Virus record (IMG/VR): IMGVR_UViG_3300025277_000141
Location: 1 to 25,256 of that record
Source of the DNA: a virus
Taxonomy: Duplodnaviria > Caudoviricetes
Strand: one strand, 5' to 3'
DNA: 25,256 bases
The notes below the pieces were generated by a model. It ran no database searches, was not told the DNA's origin, and worked only from the letters and a program-made list of their open reading frames with translations. A program made the position numbers and the translations under genes. Positions 9,158-15,679 of the stretch are shown in pieces (position 1 is the stretch's first letter; each line of letters starts with the position of its first letter).

Positions 9158-9315
9158 TCGGTTAGGTTGTCAGATCAGTTACCTAGATTGTTCTAGGGTT
9201 AATAACAATGTTGATAAGGGTTACATCCTAACACCCTAACCGAAATAGGATGACAGTAAAATCAGATAACAGCTAGAACACGCTGTTATTCGAACAGTGC
9301 GTTGATAGCTGTTAT
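9157..9315 (+). other. Structured non-coding leader with two long hairpins
   Basis: TTCGGTTAGG (9157-9166) pairs with CCTAACCGAA (9235-9244); ATAACAGCTA (9266-9275) pairs with TAGCTGTTAT (9306-9315); both enclose further pairing. Confidence 0.65.
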
Positions 9316-9339
9316 AATTCCTTAGGGGATTTTATAGTT

Positions 9340-10014
9340 ATGACTACAAAAACAGCTAAAAAAACGTCAAATAAGCCAAAAGCAACCGAACAGGTTGCCA
9401 AGCCAGCTAGTGGCAAGGTAACAATTGCTTTCTTAATCGCCTTATTGACAGCGAACGTTGATCAGGCTAACGGCTTAACTAAGGACAACCAAGCCAATGG
9501 CAAGGTTATTCAAAGCTTAAAACGTATTAGAGTTGCAATTCATATTCAAATGAGGAATATGCAGAAAATCGGCTTGAAAGCTTTCAACAAGGCAATGCGT
9601 GAATTTGAGGATAAAGCCAACGGCGGTTCTATTTCCGATGATACGTTTAAAAAGCTTTCACGTTATGTTAATGATAAGCAGGTTCAAAAGGCATTCGATA
9701 AAATGGCCGCCGATGATATCATTAAAGCGTGGGACAGTAAGAAACTAACATCATGGAATAAGGTATTTGATGCTAGGTTTGATCGTAAATCACAGTCCCA
9801 AGAAAAGCTTAATTGCCTTAGTAATTCATCTGTTGAAATATACAGTTCTTGCATTGATACTTTCAACGATACTCACGGCTTAACTGACAAAGAGTTATCT
9901 GATGATGAGCAAAAACAGGTTGATGGTTGGTCGAATACTGTCATTAATTATCTTTACAATTATGACAGGTTGAATAACGAATTAACTGACAAATTTAACG
10001 CTCAAGGTTCGTAA
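9340..10014 (+). CDS. Hypothetical early protein (224 aa)
   Basis: Long ORF, AGGGGA RBS, followed by a strong terminator; appears helical; no recognised motif. Confidence 0.85.
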   Translation: MTTKTAKKTSNKPKATEQVAKPASGKVTIAFLIALLTANVDQANGLTKDNQANGKVIQSLKRIRVAIHIQMRNMQKIGLKAFNKAMREFEDKANGGSISDDTFKKLSRYVNDKQVQKAFDKMAADDIIKAWDSKKLTSWNKVFDARFDRKSQSQEKLNCLSNSSVEIYSSCIDTFNDTHGLTDKELSDDEQKQVDGWSNTVINYLYNYDRLNNELTDKFNAQGS

Positions 10015-10018
10015 TATT

Positions 10019-10056
10019 AAGGGTCTAGGACACATTGTTCTAGACCCTTTTTTTTT
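10019..10056 (+). terminator. Rho-independent terminator
   Basis: AAGGGTCTAGGACA-cat-TGTTCTAGACCCTT followed by a T tract, 4 nt after the stop codon. Confidence 0.9.
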
Positions 10057-10221
10057 GTTTAATTTCCGGTCTAACCGGATTTATATATGGAACATGTAAC
10101 GTAGCTGCACAGCCTGGAAATACATCATGTAATGTGTACGCATGGAATATGTACCCACAGCCAGGGTAACATCGAATTGCCTGTAACCTGCTGATAGTAA
10201 AGGGAAAAAAGGCTCAACCTA

Positions 10222-10250
10222 TTGACTAACTTTATTTTTATCTTTATAGT
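10222..10250 (+). promoter_or_regulatory. Sigma70-like promoter TTGACT-17-TATAGT
   Basis: Near-consensus boxes, 17-nt spacer, A-rich upstream. Confidence 0.75.
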
Positions 10251-10274
10251 AGGCTGGTTTAAATGACTGATCTG

Positions 10275-10296
10275 AAAAGTGCATCGATACACTTTT
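10275..10296. repeat. Palindrome copy 4, AAAAGTGCATCGATACACTTTT
   Basis: Same core as the 9028-9117 repeat; lies between promoter and ATG 10312. Confidence 0.95.
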
Positions 10297-10311
10297 GAAA
10301 GGCAAGAAAGA

Positions 10312-10788
10312 ATGAGTAAACAAACAAGTGCATGTCAATCACCTGTCAGTGTACTGCCTCTAAGCACCAACGTTGTAAGTGTTGGGGGCAAGACACAACA
10401 AATAAAAGAAAGTAAAACATGGAAAGGTAAACAAAGACAGGCTGAAAAAGAAATAGATAATTTTGTCGGGAAAAGTAAACTCCCATTCAGTACCAATGTT
10501 GTAAGTGTTAGGGCCACTGAAGAGATCAGAACTGATCTTAAAAAATTGTCAACAATTCATAGTTCTGCCAAGAGTATAGATGAACAAGGGGAAATACTCA
10601 GCGGATACCCACACACATCATCTAAATGGCCTGATAAAGCCGGATGCAGCGTAGGTACACAGCTTGCAAAGTGTAAAAGCTTTGATGGATTTCTCAGGTT
10701 CACAGTGGACGGCGTTGAATACTGTGAGCCTGTCATGATGTCTCGACCTCATGGTAAGACTACCAAAAGGTCAGGCAGATTTGTTTGA
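10312..10788 (+). CDS. Hypothetical protein (158 aa) with internal repeat
   Basis: ATG 10312 preferred over GTG 10279, which is inside the palindrome; LPLSTNVVSV and LPFSTNVVSV repeats. Confidence 0.65.
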   Translation: MSKQTSACQSPVSVLPLSTNVVSVGGKTQQIKESKTWKGKQRQAEKEIDNFVGKSKLPFSTNVVSVRATEEIRTDLKKLSTIHSSAKSIDEQGEILSGYPHTSSKWPDKAGCSVGTQLAKCKSFDGFLRFTVDGVEYCEPVMMSRPHGKTTKRSGRFV

Positions 10789-10809
10789 AAAGTGTATCGA
10801 TGCACTTTT
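10788..10809. repeat. Palindrome copy 5, AAAAGTGTATCGATGCACTTTT
   Basis: Exact reverse complement of 10275-10296; overlaps the TGA stop by one base. Confidence 0.95.
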
Positions 10810-10852
10810 TGAAAAGGAACAATCCTGTTCCATAACCAAGTAAGGAGAAAGC

Positions 10853-11011
10853 ATGACTACATTTATACAAAAGGATGGTCGAGTTCTGGAAATTAATGCA
10901 ATAGATTCCAGACTGAAGATGGCCGCAGCTCTGGAAAATTCCGGTGAACAGGCCAAGGCAGATGCAATGTTGGATAAGGCTCTGTTTGCAGAGAAATGGG
11001 TTAACAATTAG
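10853..11011 (+). CDS. Hypothetical protein (52 aa)
   Basis: Not in track; TAAGGAG RBS; MTTFIQKDGRVLEINAIDSRLKMAAALE...KWVNN. Confidence 0.75.
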   Translation: MTTFIQKDGRVLEINAIDSRLKMAAALENSGEQAKADAMLDKALFAEKWVNN

Positions 11012-11024
11012 GAAGGAGATAAAT

Positions 11025-11228
11025 ATGTCGGTAGTAAAAACAACAAATAAAGATGGAATAGCAATAAAGAGTATCGTAATTGAACAGGATTACGAATTAT
11101 CTAAGCTGCTTCATCTTTATCTTAATTCAACGTTGCCTTATGATACACCGTTGGAGAATATAACCTATGATGAAAGGGGAGAACTGGTAGTTAAAAAGGA
11201 GAAACCATTTATAAACAAGACAGCCTAA
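11025..11228 (+). CDS. Hypothetical protein (67 aa)
   Basis: AAGGAG RBS before ATG 11025 (MSVVKTTNK...), internal to the track ORF 10944-11228. Confidence 0.75.
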   Translation: MSVVKTTNKDGIAIKSIVIEQDYELSKLLHLYLNSTLPYDTPLENITYDERGELVVKKEKPFINKTA

Positions 11229-11268
11229 CGGGGAAAGGCTGATACAATTTCCCTAACCTTTAGGAGTA
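11217..11268 (+). promoter_or_regulatory. Repeated intergenic RNA element, copy 1 (hairpin/pseudoknot plus RBS)
   Basis: AAGACAGCCTAACGGGGAAAGGCTGATACAATTTCCCTAACCTTTAGGAGTA; near-identical to 13252-13303. Confidence 0.8.
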
Positions 11269-11274
11269 AACAAT

Positions 11275-12018
11275 ATGTTTACACAATTAAAAGTAGAACG
11301 GACTGTCTATGAAGTGACAGACAAGTCACCACTATACCGTGAACTTAGGCCACATAAAACTCAACGAATAGTAAAGAGCGGTCACTTGGCGAACCTGATC
11401 GAGAGCTTTAAGAATAAGGGTTCGGCTTTGAAAGATGTACCAATCCTTGTGGATAGGTACGGTAAAATCCGTGAAGGACACCATAGGTATCTAGCAGCAA
11501 CAGCCCTTGGCATCCCGTACTATGTCATGCAGGTATCTCATATGTACGAGAACATGATAGCTATCAATACCAATCAGAGAAACTGGGATGATGGAGACTT
11601 TGCTAACTACTGGGCTGTAATGGGTAGGACACCTTATAAAATATACAATAAGGTTAAGGCAGAACATCCTTACATTAGCTATGGAGTACTAGTGTCTATA
11701 TTTAATAAGAAAAGCGGTAGACTACAGTCAGATAGTAAACAATTTAAAGAAGGGAATCTGACACTTGATCATCTAGATCATGTATCTAGAACGGTCAGGC
11801 AATTGGCCCAATTAAAAGGTATAGGAAAGAACCCGCCGTTAGATAAATCTACCTATTCAAAACAGCAGTTTCAATCGGCTATGCTGGAAGCATTACAGAA
11901 TGTAAGCTTTGACTTTGAAAAGTTTAAGAAGAACTTGACAACCAAGAAGCACAAGCTTAACATATTGGGGAAGCGTACCGATATGCTTAAGGAAATTTAT
12001 AAAATGGAAGGGAAGTAA
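11275..12018 (+). CDS. ParB/sulfiredoxin N-terminal domain protein (247 aa)
   Basis: LIESF...PILVDRYGKIREGHHRYLAATALGIP...INTNQRNW matches the ParB/Srx GxxR motif. Confidence 0.8.
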   Translation: MFTQLKVERTVYEVTDKSPLYRELRPHKTQRIVKSGHLANLIESFKNKGSALKDVPILVDRYGKIREGHHRYLAATALGIPYYVMQVSHMYENMIAINTNQRNWDDGDFANYWAVMGRTPYKIYNKVKAEHPYISYGVLVSIFNKKSGRLQSDSKQFKEGNLTLDHLDHVSRTVRQLAQLKGIGKNPPLDKSTYSKQQFQSAMLEALQNVSFDFEKFKKNLTTKKHKLNILGKRTDMLKEIYKMEGK

Positions 12019-12258
12019 ATGGCTTACGATATCAGAAAATCCAATGACCAATGGGGCAGGGAATACTATCATAGAGATAGTATGGACTGGCTCGTTCCGG
12101 TTCTGTTTATTCCATACTTTGATTGGATATGTAACTGGAATAAGGGTATCAAACACCAATTGATGCTGACCTTAACTATTTTAAGGGAAGGTATCAGATG
12201 TGTCTGGCAAGATAGAACCAGAATTATCCGTAAGGAATTCTATCACAACGAGGAGTAA
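12019..12258 (+). CDS. Hypothetical protein (79 aa)
   Basis: Abuts the upstream stop and fills the operon gap. Confidence 0.55.
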   Translation: MAYDIRKSNDQWGREYYHRDSMDWLVPVLFIPYFDWICNWNKGIKHQLMLTLTILREGIRCVWQDRTRIIRKEFYHNEE

Positions 12259-12261
12259 GGT

Positions 12262-12423
12262 ATGAGTATGACATATCAAGAAGCTAAACGGATCATTGGC
12301 AATCAGCCACGTTGGGCAATTCATAACATGATACTTGCCTTAACCATGTGCCAATGGTTGAATACAAAAGAAGAAGAGAGACGGCTGGAAGCAGCTAAAA
12401 TAGTAATAGAAGGGATAAAGTAA
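12262..12423 (+). CDS. Hypothetical protein (53 aa)
   Basis: Not in track; GAGGAG RBS; MSMTYQEAKRIIGNQPRWAIHNMILAL...WLNTKEEERRLEAAKIV. Confidence 0.75.
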   Translation: MSMTYQEAKRIIGNQPRWAIHNMILALTMCQWLNTKEEERRLEAAKIVIEGIK

Positions 12424-12424
12424 C

Positions 12425-12682
12425 ATGAAACTATCATCCGATCATCGAGCTATCATGAACGGTCAGACCATGTACCAGAAAAATGTACATGATCCGTTAA
12501 CCTATCCTTACAAATTCATTAAGCCTGACACCGGAAGTAAGTTAGGTAAGAGGGTGCGTAAAGGTAAATGGAAGGGTATGAAATTCTACACCCTAACATT
12601 TGATGACCGCCCATCTGTAATCAGAATGTGGAAGGAACATGGACTTACCGTTGCTGATGTAGGTAACGGCGTTGAATTCTAG
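12425..12682 (+). CDS. Small, apparently chimeric ORF (Gp88-like N-terminus plus polynucleotide kinase/phosphatase C-terminus); possible pseudogene
   Basis: SKLGKRVRKGKWKGMKFYTLT joined to FDDRPSVIRMWKEHGLTVADVGNGVEF. Confidence 0.6.
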   Translation: MKLSSDHRAIMNGQTMYQKNVHDPLTYPYKFIKPDTGSKLGKRVRKGKWKGMKFYTLTFDDRPSVIRMWKEHGLTVADVGNGVEF

Positions 12683-12691
12683 AGGTGACAT

Positions 12692-13276
12692 ATGATACTT
12701 AAAAAAGAACCTTACAAATATAAAAGTGGCAAAGGGTCAATAACTCAGACAGGTTATAAGTGGACATTCCAATGCGATAACCCTGACTGTAAAAAGGTAT
12801 TCAATAGGGCTGGTGTTAAATCACGCCATGAAAGAGCCAATCATTACTGTTGTCATCCATGCTCAACCAGTGTGGTGCGAGGTATATGTAAGTTAGAAGA
12901 TTGTGATGAGCCTATTCGGGGTAATGGTAACGTGCGAAAATTAGACAGCGGATTGTGTAGGAAACATCACAAAAAGCTAGGAAGAAAGCTTAGAGTAGCT
13001 CGCCAACGCAAGGAAATGTTCAAGATGATGGGCAACCAATGTGTTAATTGCGGAGAAAAAGACAGCATCTTTTTTCAAATAGACCATATAGAAAACGATG
13101 CCGATTATTCGGGAGATGGAAACAACGCACCATCCATAGAGTTAAGGCATTACTTACAAGAACCGGATCGCTACCAATTACTATGTGCCAACTGCAACCA
13201 TGCTAAACGAATGAACGGCGGCGAACTGTACTTTCCTAAACATTTTACGAGAAGACAGCCTATGGGGAAAGGCTGA
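12692..13276 (+). CDS. HNH endonuclease with N-terminal Cys-rich zinc-binding motifs
   Basis: CVNCG...QIDHIEND...QLLCANCNHAKR; upstream CDNPDC, CCHPC, CKLEDC, LCRKH; GAGGTG RBS. Confidence 0.8.
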   Translation: MILKKEPYKYKSGKGSITQTGYKWTFQCDNPDCKKVFNRAGVKSRHERANHYCCHPCSTSVVRGICKLEDCDEPIRGNGNVRKLDSGLCRKHHKKLGRKLRVARQRKEMFKMMGNQCVNCGEKDSIFFQIDHIENDADYSGDGNNAPSIELRHYLQEPDRYQLLCANCNHAKRMNGGELYFPKHFTRRQPMGKG

Positions 13277-13303
13277 CACAATTTCCCCTAACCTTTAGGA
13301 GTA
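13252..13303 (+). promoter_or_regulatory. Repeated intergenic RNA element, copy 2
   Basis: AAGACAGCCTATGGGGAAAGGCTGACACAATTTCCCCTAACCTTTAGGAGTA. Confidence 0.8.
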
Positions 13304-13309
13304 GTAACT

Positions 13310-13642
13310 ATGAATACTTTAGCTTTTGTTAAAGAAGAAAACGATGATCAAGTTGTAGTAGAGAAAACAAATCGGTTTACTATAGAAAAAGGTGTGCCGA
13401 TTCCAACTTGGCATAACAATAATATTGATGGATACACCGGAATGTATCCATTTCATGACATGAAGGTAGGCGATTCCTTTCTAATACCCTGTTCGCCTAT
13501 TACTCAAGATAAATTTGGAGCCAGAGTTAGTAATGCTGGTTCTAATTATACTAAACGGTGGAATTCTAAATTTAGAATGGCCTATCGAAAAGTAACGGGC
13601 GGCATTAGGGTATGGCGTATTCGTTGCAAAAATAGTAAGTAG
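13310..13642 (+). CDS. Conserved small phage protein, putative DNA-binding (110 aa)
   Basis: IEKGVPIP...YPFHDMKVGDSFLIP...GIRVWRI pattern common in phage early regions. Confidence 0.75.
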   Translation: MNTLAFVKEENDDQVVVEKTNRFTIEKGVPIPTWHNNNIDGYTGMYPFHDMKVGDSFLIPCSPITQDKFGARVSNAGSNYTKRWNSKFRMAYRKVTGGIRVWRIRCKNSK

Positions 13643-13646
13643 ATGA

Positions 13647-13695
13647 ATGTTGACATACCCCTTGCTGATATGGTATCGGTAAGGGGTAGCAACGT
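13647..13695 (+). other. Long intergenic RNA hairpin
   Basis: TACCCCTTGCTGATA-tgg-TATCGGTAAGGGGTA (15 bp with 2 G-U pairs), extended by ATGTTG/CAACGT; directly before a GAGGAG RBS. Confidence 0.75.
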
Positions 13696-13708
13696 GAGGA
13701 GTAAATAA

Positions 13709-14395
13709 ATGTTTAACGATCTGTTCAGATGGTGTGATGACATTGGTATGTTCGCCAGTGACAGACCCATCAATGATGTAGGTGATGTTGAAGGATCATG
13801 TATCCATCGATCACCTTACTGTGATGAAACGTGCTTTAATATAAAACTCTATAAACTTTATCCCAATATGTTTAAGCGTGACATAAGGATAGAGAAAGAT
13901 TGGCAAGCTCTAACACCGGAAAATATCCATGAAAATATTGCCAACTTTTTTAAACGTAAAAGAAAACAAACCAAAAGAAAAAGACTTAACACTAGAGGGG
14001 AATCCTTGAAGGATGTAAAGGATGTCTATCGGGTGAAGGCAATGTGTCAGGCAATGCCCGATGATGAGTTGTGGATACCAACCAAGGCATGGCGTGATCC
14101 TATCATGAAAGTTTTAATCGAACAGGAACTCATGCCCCTGCCTAACCTGGCTTTGAATGCCAGCACTGATCCAAGCACTACCAAAGAAGAATGGGAGATG
14201 CTTAACCGTGATGGATGGAACATCATGTTCTATGGAGATGATGAACTCAATCATGATCCAGCTACAGATGAACCCATGTTCCAATGTCCCAAGACTAAGA
14301 AGAAAATCAAGGGACATTGTGCAATATGTAAGGGTGGCTGCTTCAGTCAAACTACAATAGGAAAAAGGAGGACAATAAAACTTTATCAACATTAA
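13709..14395 (+). CDS. Gp88-like Cys-rich protein, possibly Fe-S binding (228 aa)
   Basis: CIHRSPYCDETCF, RLNTRGE, WIPTK, NLALNASTD, C-terminal CPKT...CAICKGGC. Confidence 0.6.
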   Translation: MFNDLFRWCDDIGMFASDRPINDVGDVEGSCIHRSPYCDETCFNIKLYKLYPNMFKRDIRIEKDWQALTPENIHENIANFFKRKRKQTKRKRLNTRGESLKDVKDVYRVKAMCQAMPDDELWIPTKAWRDPIMKVLIEQELMPLPNLALNASTDPSTTKEEWEMLNRDGWNIMFYGDDELNHDPATDEPMFQCPKTKKKIKGHCAICKGGCFSQTTIGKRRTIKLYQH

Positions 14396-14410
14396 CAAGT
14401 ATGTTATAAT
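14382..14410 (+). promoter_or_regulatory. Extended -10 promoter (TGTTATAAT), weak -35 TTTATC
   Basis: TATAAT at 14405-14410 preceded by TG; 17-nt spacer; AGGAG RBS follows. Confidence 0.55.
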
Positions 14411-14427
14411 TAGATAGGAGAAAGACC

Positions 14428-14763
14428 ATGAGTAACCAATACAACGATGCTTTATATGAAACTCTTTATGAAAAGCATTTAGAAAAAATGCTGGCAATAC
14501 ATAAGGATGTGGACAAAGCAGAACTCGAAGCTGAAACTTTAACAGAGAAAGAGATGGAGAAGGATGAATATGATAATTTTGTTGATGTTCTGGAGTCTGA
14601 TATAACAAATGGAGTAATGGAAAAAACTTATCAAATACTTTTAACCCTTAACGTACCTAGTGGTTTAGATGGGGAACCTTACATAACAATTAAGGATATT
14701 ATCTATTCTCATTTAAAAGAATTAATCGAGGATGATACCCTTTACTTTACGGAGATGGAGTAA
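14428..14763 (+). CDS. Acidic hypothetical protein (111 aa), probably mosaic
   Basis: AGGAG RBS; contains a 48-bp block shared with ORF 18860-19072. Confidence 0.75.
   Translation: MSNQYNDALYETLYEKHLEKMLAIHKDVDKAELEAETLTEKEMEKDEYDNFVDVLESDITNGVMEKTYQILLTLNVPSGLDGEPYITIKDIIYSHLKELIEDDTLYFTEME
14563..14610 (+). repeat. 48-bp exact direct repeat, copy 1
   Basis: GATGAATATGATAATTTTGTTGATGTTCTGGAGTCTGATATAACAAAT, identical to 18965-19012. Confidence 0.95.
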
Positions 14764-14829
14764 TGCTTAATGAAATATGTAAAGGCGGCTTCTTCAGTTA
14801 GACTATCAACATTAGAAAGGAGAACAAAC

Positions 14830-14928
14830 ATGGAATTCTGGAAAGATTTTATGAAACAGTTATTAGTTCTTTCAATAGGAATGATAATCATGGCTGCTTT
14901 TATTTTCGTTCTTTCACATGTGGTATAA
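14830..14928 (+). CDS. Small membrane peptide (32 aa)
   Basis: AAAGGAG RBS; MEFWKDFMKQLLVLSIGMIIMAAFIFVLSHVV. Confidence 0.65.
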   Translation: MEFWKDFMKQLLVLSIGMIIMAAFIFVLSHVV

Positions 14929-14957
14929 TAGAAGATCGACATGGAAAGGAGAAAAAT

Positions 14958-15035
14958 ATGGTAAACTTTTTACAATTATTATTAGGATTGACTGTCATTG
15001 TGGCTTTCCTAATCTTTTTTAATTTTATAATCTGA
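14958..15035 (+). CDS. Small membrane peptide (25 aa)
   Basis: AAAGGAG RBS; MVNFLQLLLGLTVIVAFLIFFNFII. Confidence 0.65.
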   Translation: MVNFLQLLLGLTVIVAFLIFFNFII

Positions 15036-15046
15036 AAGGATACAAG

Positions 15047-15268
15047 ATGCGATATAAAATTATACTGGAATGTTTAGACTGTGCTGGAAAAGGTACAATT
15101 TGTTATCAACATTCGCTATCGGGAAATCCAGAAATGGCAGTGACAGTTAGTAAGGTCGAATGTAGTACCTGTTCAGGTGATGGAGAAAATGCTACATATG
15201 ATACATGTCTGGAAAATATGGCACATGCTCGGCTGGAATATCCTGATGCAAGAATAGAGGAATGCTAA
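15047..15268 (+). CDS. DnaJ-type zinc finger small protein
   Basis: Two CxxCxGxG motifs, CLDCAGKG and CSTCSGDG; AAAGGA RBS. Confidence 0.75.
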   Translation: MRYKIILECLDCAGKGTICYQHSLSGNPEMAVTVSKVECSTCSGDGENATYDTCLENMAHARLEYPDARIEEC

Positions 15269-15269
15269 C

Positions 15270-15536
15270 ATGAAATATTCCAAGGAAGAATATGATAAGA
15301 TGTTAAAAATGCACATGCCTATTAACGATGCACATATAACCGGAAAAAAACCGGAAGTAATAGGCATGATAAGATCAAGTACAGATAAAGTAAAAACAAT
15401 TCAATACTTACTTGAGAAAGTAATATTAAAAAGTAAGACAAAAGAAAGTATAGATGAAGTAAAACAAGTTCTATACTTGTGTGAGGAAGTAATAGTAGTG
15501 AACGAGGAAACTATACTTGAGATAAACAAGATATGA
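15270..15536 (+). CDS. Hypothetical protein (88 aa)
   Basis: GAGGA RBS; coupled to neighbours. Confidence 0.7.
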   Translation: MKYSKEEYDKMLKMHMPINDAHITGKKPEVIGMIRSSTDKVKTIQYLLEKVILKSKTKESIDEVKQVLYLCEEVIVVNEETILEINKI

Positions 15537-15679
15537 ATACAGAGGATATTTTAAGGAAAAATGTAAAGGAGTTGCAAGAGCAACTGCAATTGCAATACAT
15601 TAAAAATAAGGAGCTTACTGAAGGAATTTTTAAGCTGAATAAATTAATCAACATGTTACTAGGAAAGAATAAGAAATGA
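15533..15679 (+). CDS. Small coiled-coil protein (48 aa)
   Basis: Not in track; ATGA overlaps at both ends; MNTEDILRKNVKELQEQLQLQYIKNKEL... Confidence 0.7.
   Translation: MNTEDILRKNVKELQEQLQLQYIKNKELTEGIFKLNKLINMLLGKNKK

Noticed and set aside
8939-9239. Track ORFs 8939-9136 (-) and 9036-9239 (+)
   Set aside because: They run through the tandem repeat and promoter, have no RBS, and are probably by-products of the repeat
9170-10275. TCAGATCAGT at 9170 and its reverse complement ACTGATCTGA at 10266, both just downstream of early promoters
   Set aside because: Only 10 bp and two copies; cannot be separated from chance by eye
10275-10809. Invertible segment between inverted 22-bp sites
   Set aside because: The flanks (TG before, GAAA(A)GG after) are in direct orientation and only the core asymmetry is flipped; arms are short and no recombinase is present in the window. 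Inversion reads would revive the idea.
12692-13276. HNH gene as part of a group I intron
   Set aside because: It is free-standing with its own RBS and no interrupted host gene is evident; TerL, helicase and polymerase show no intein or intron
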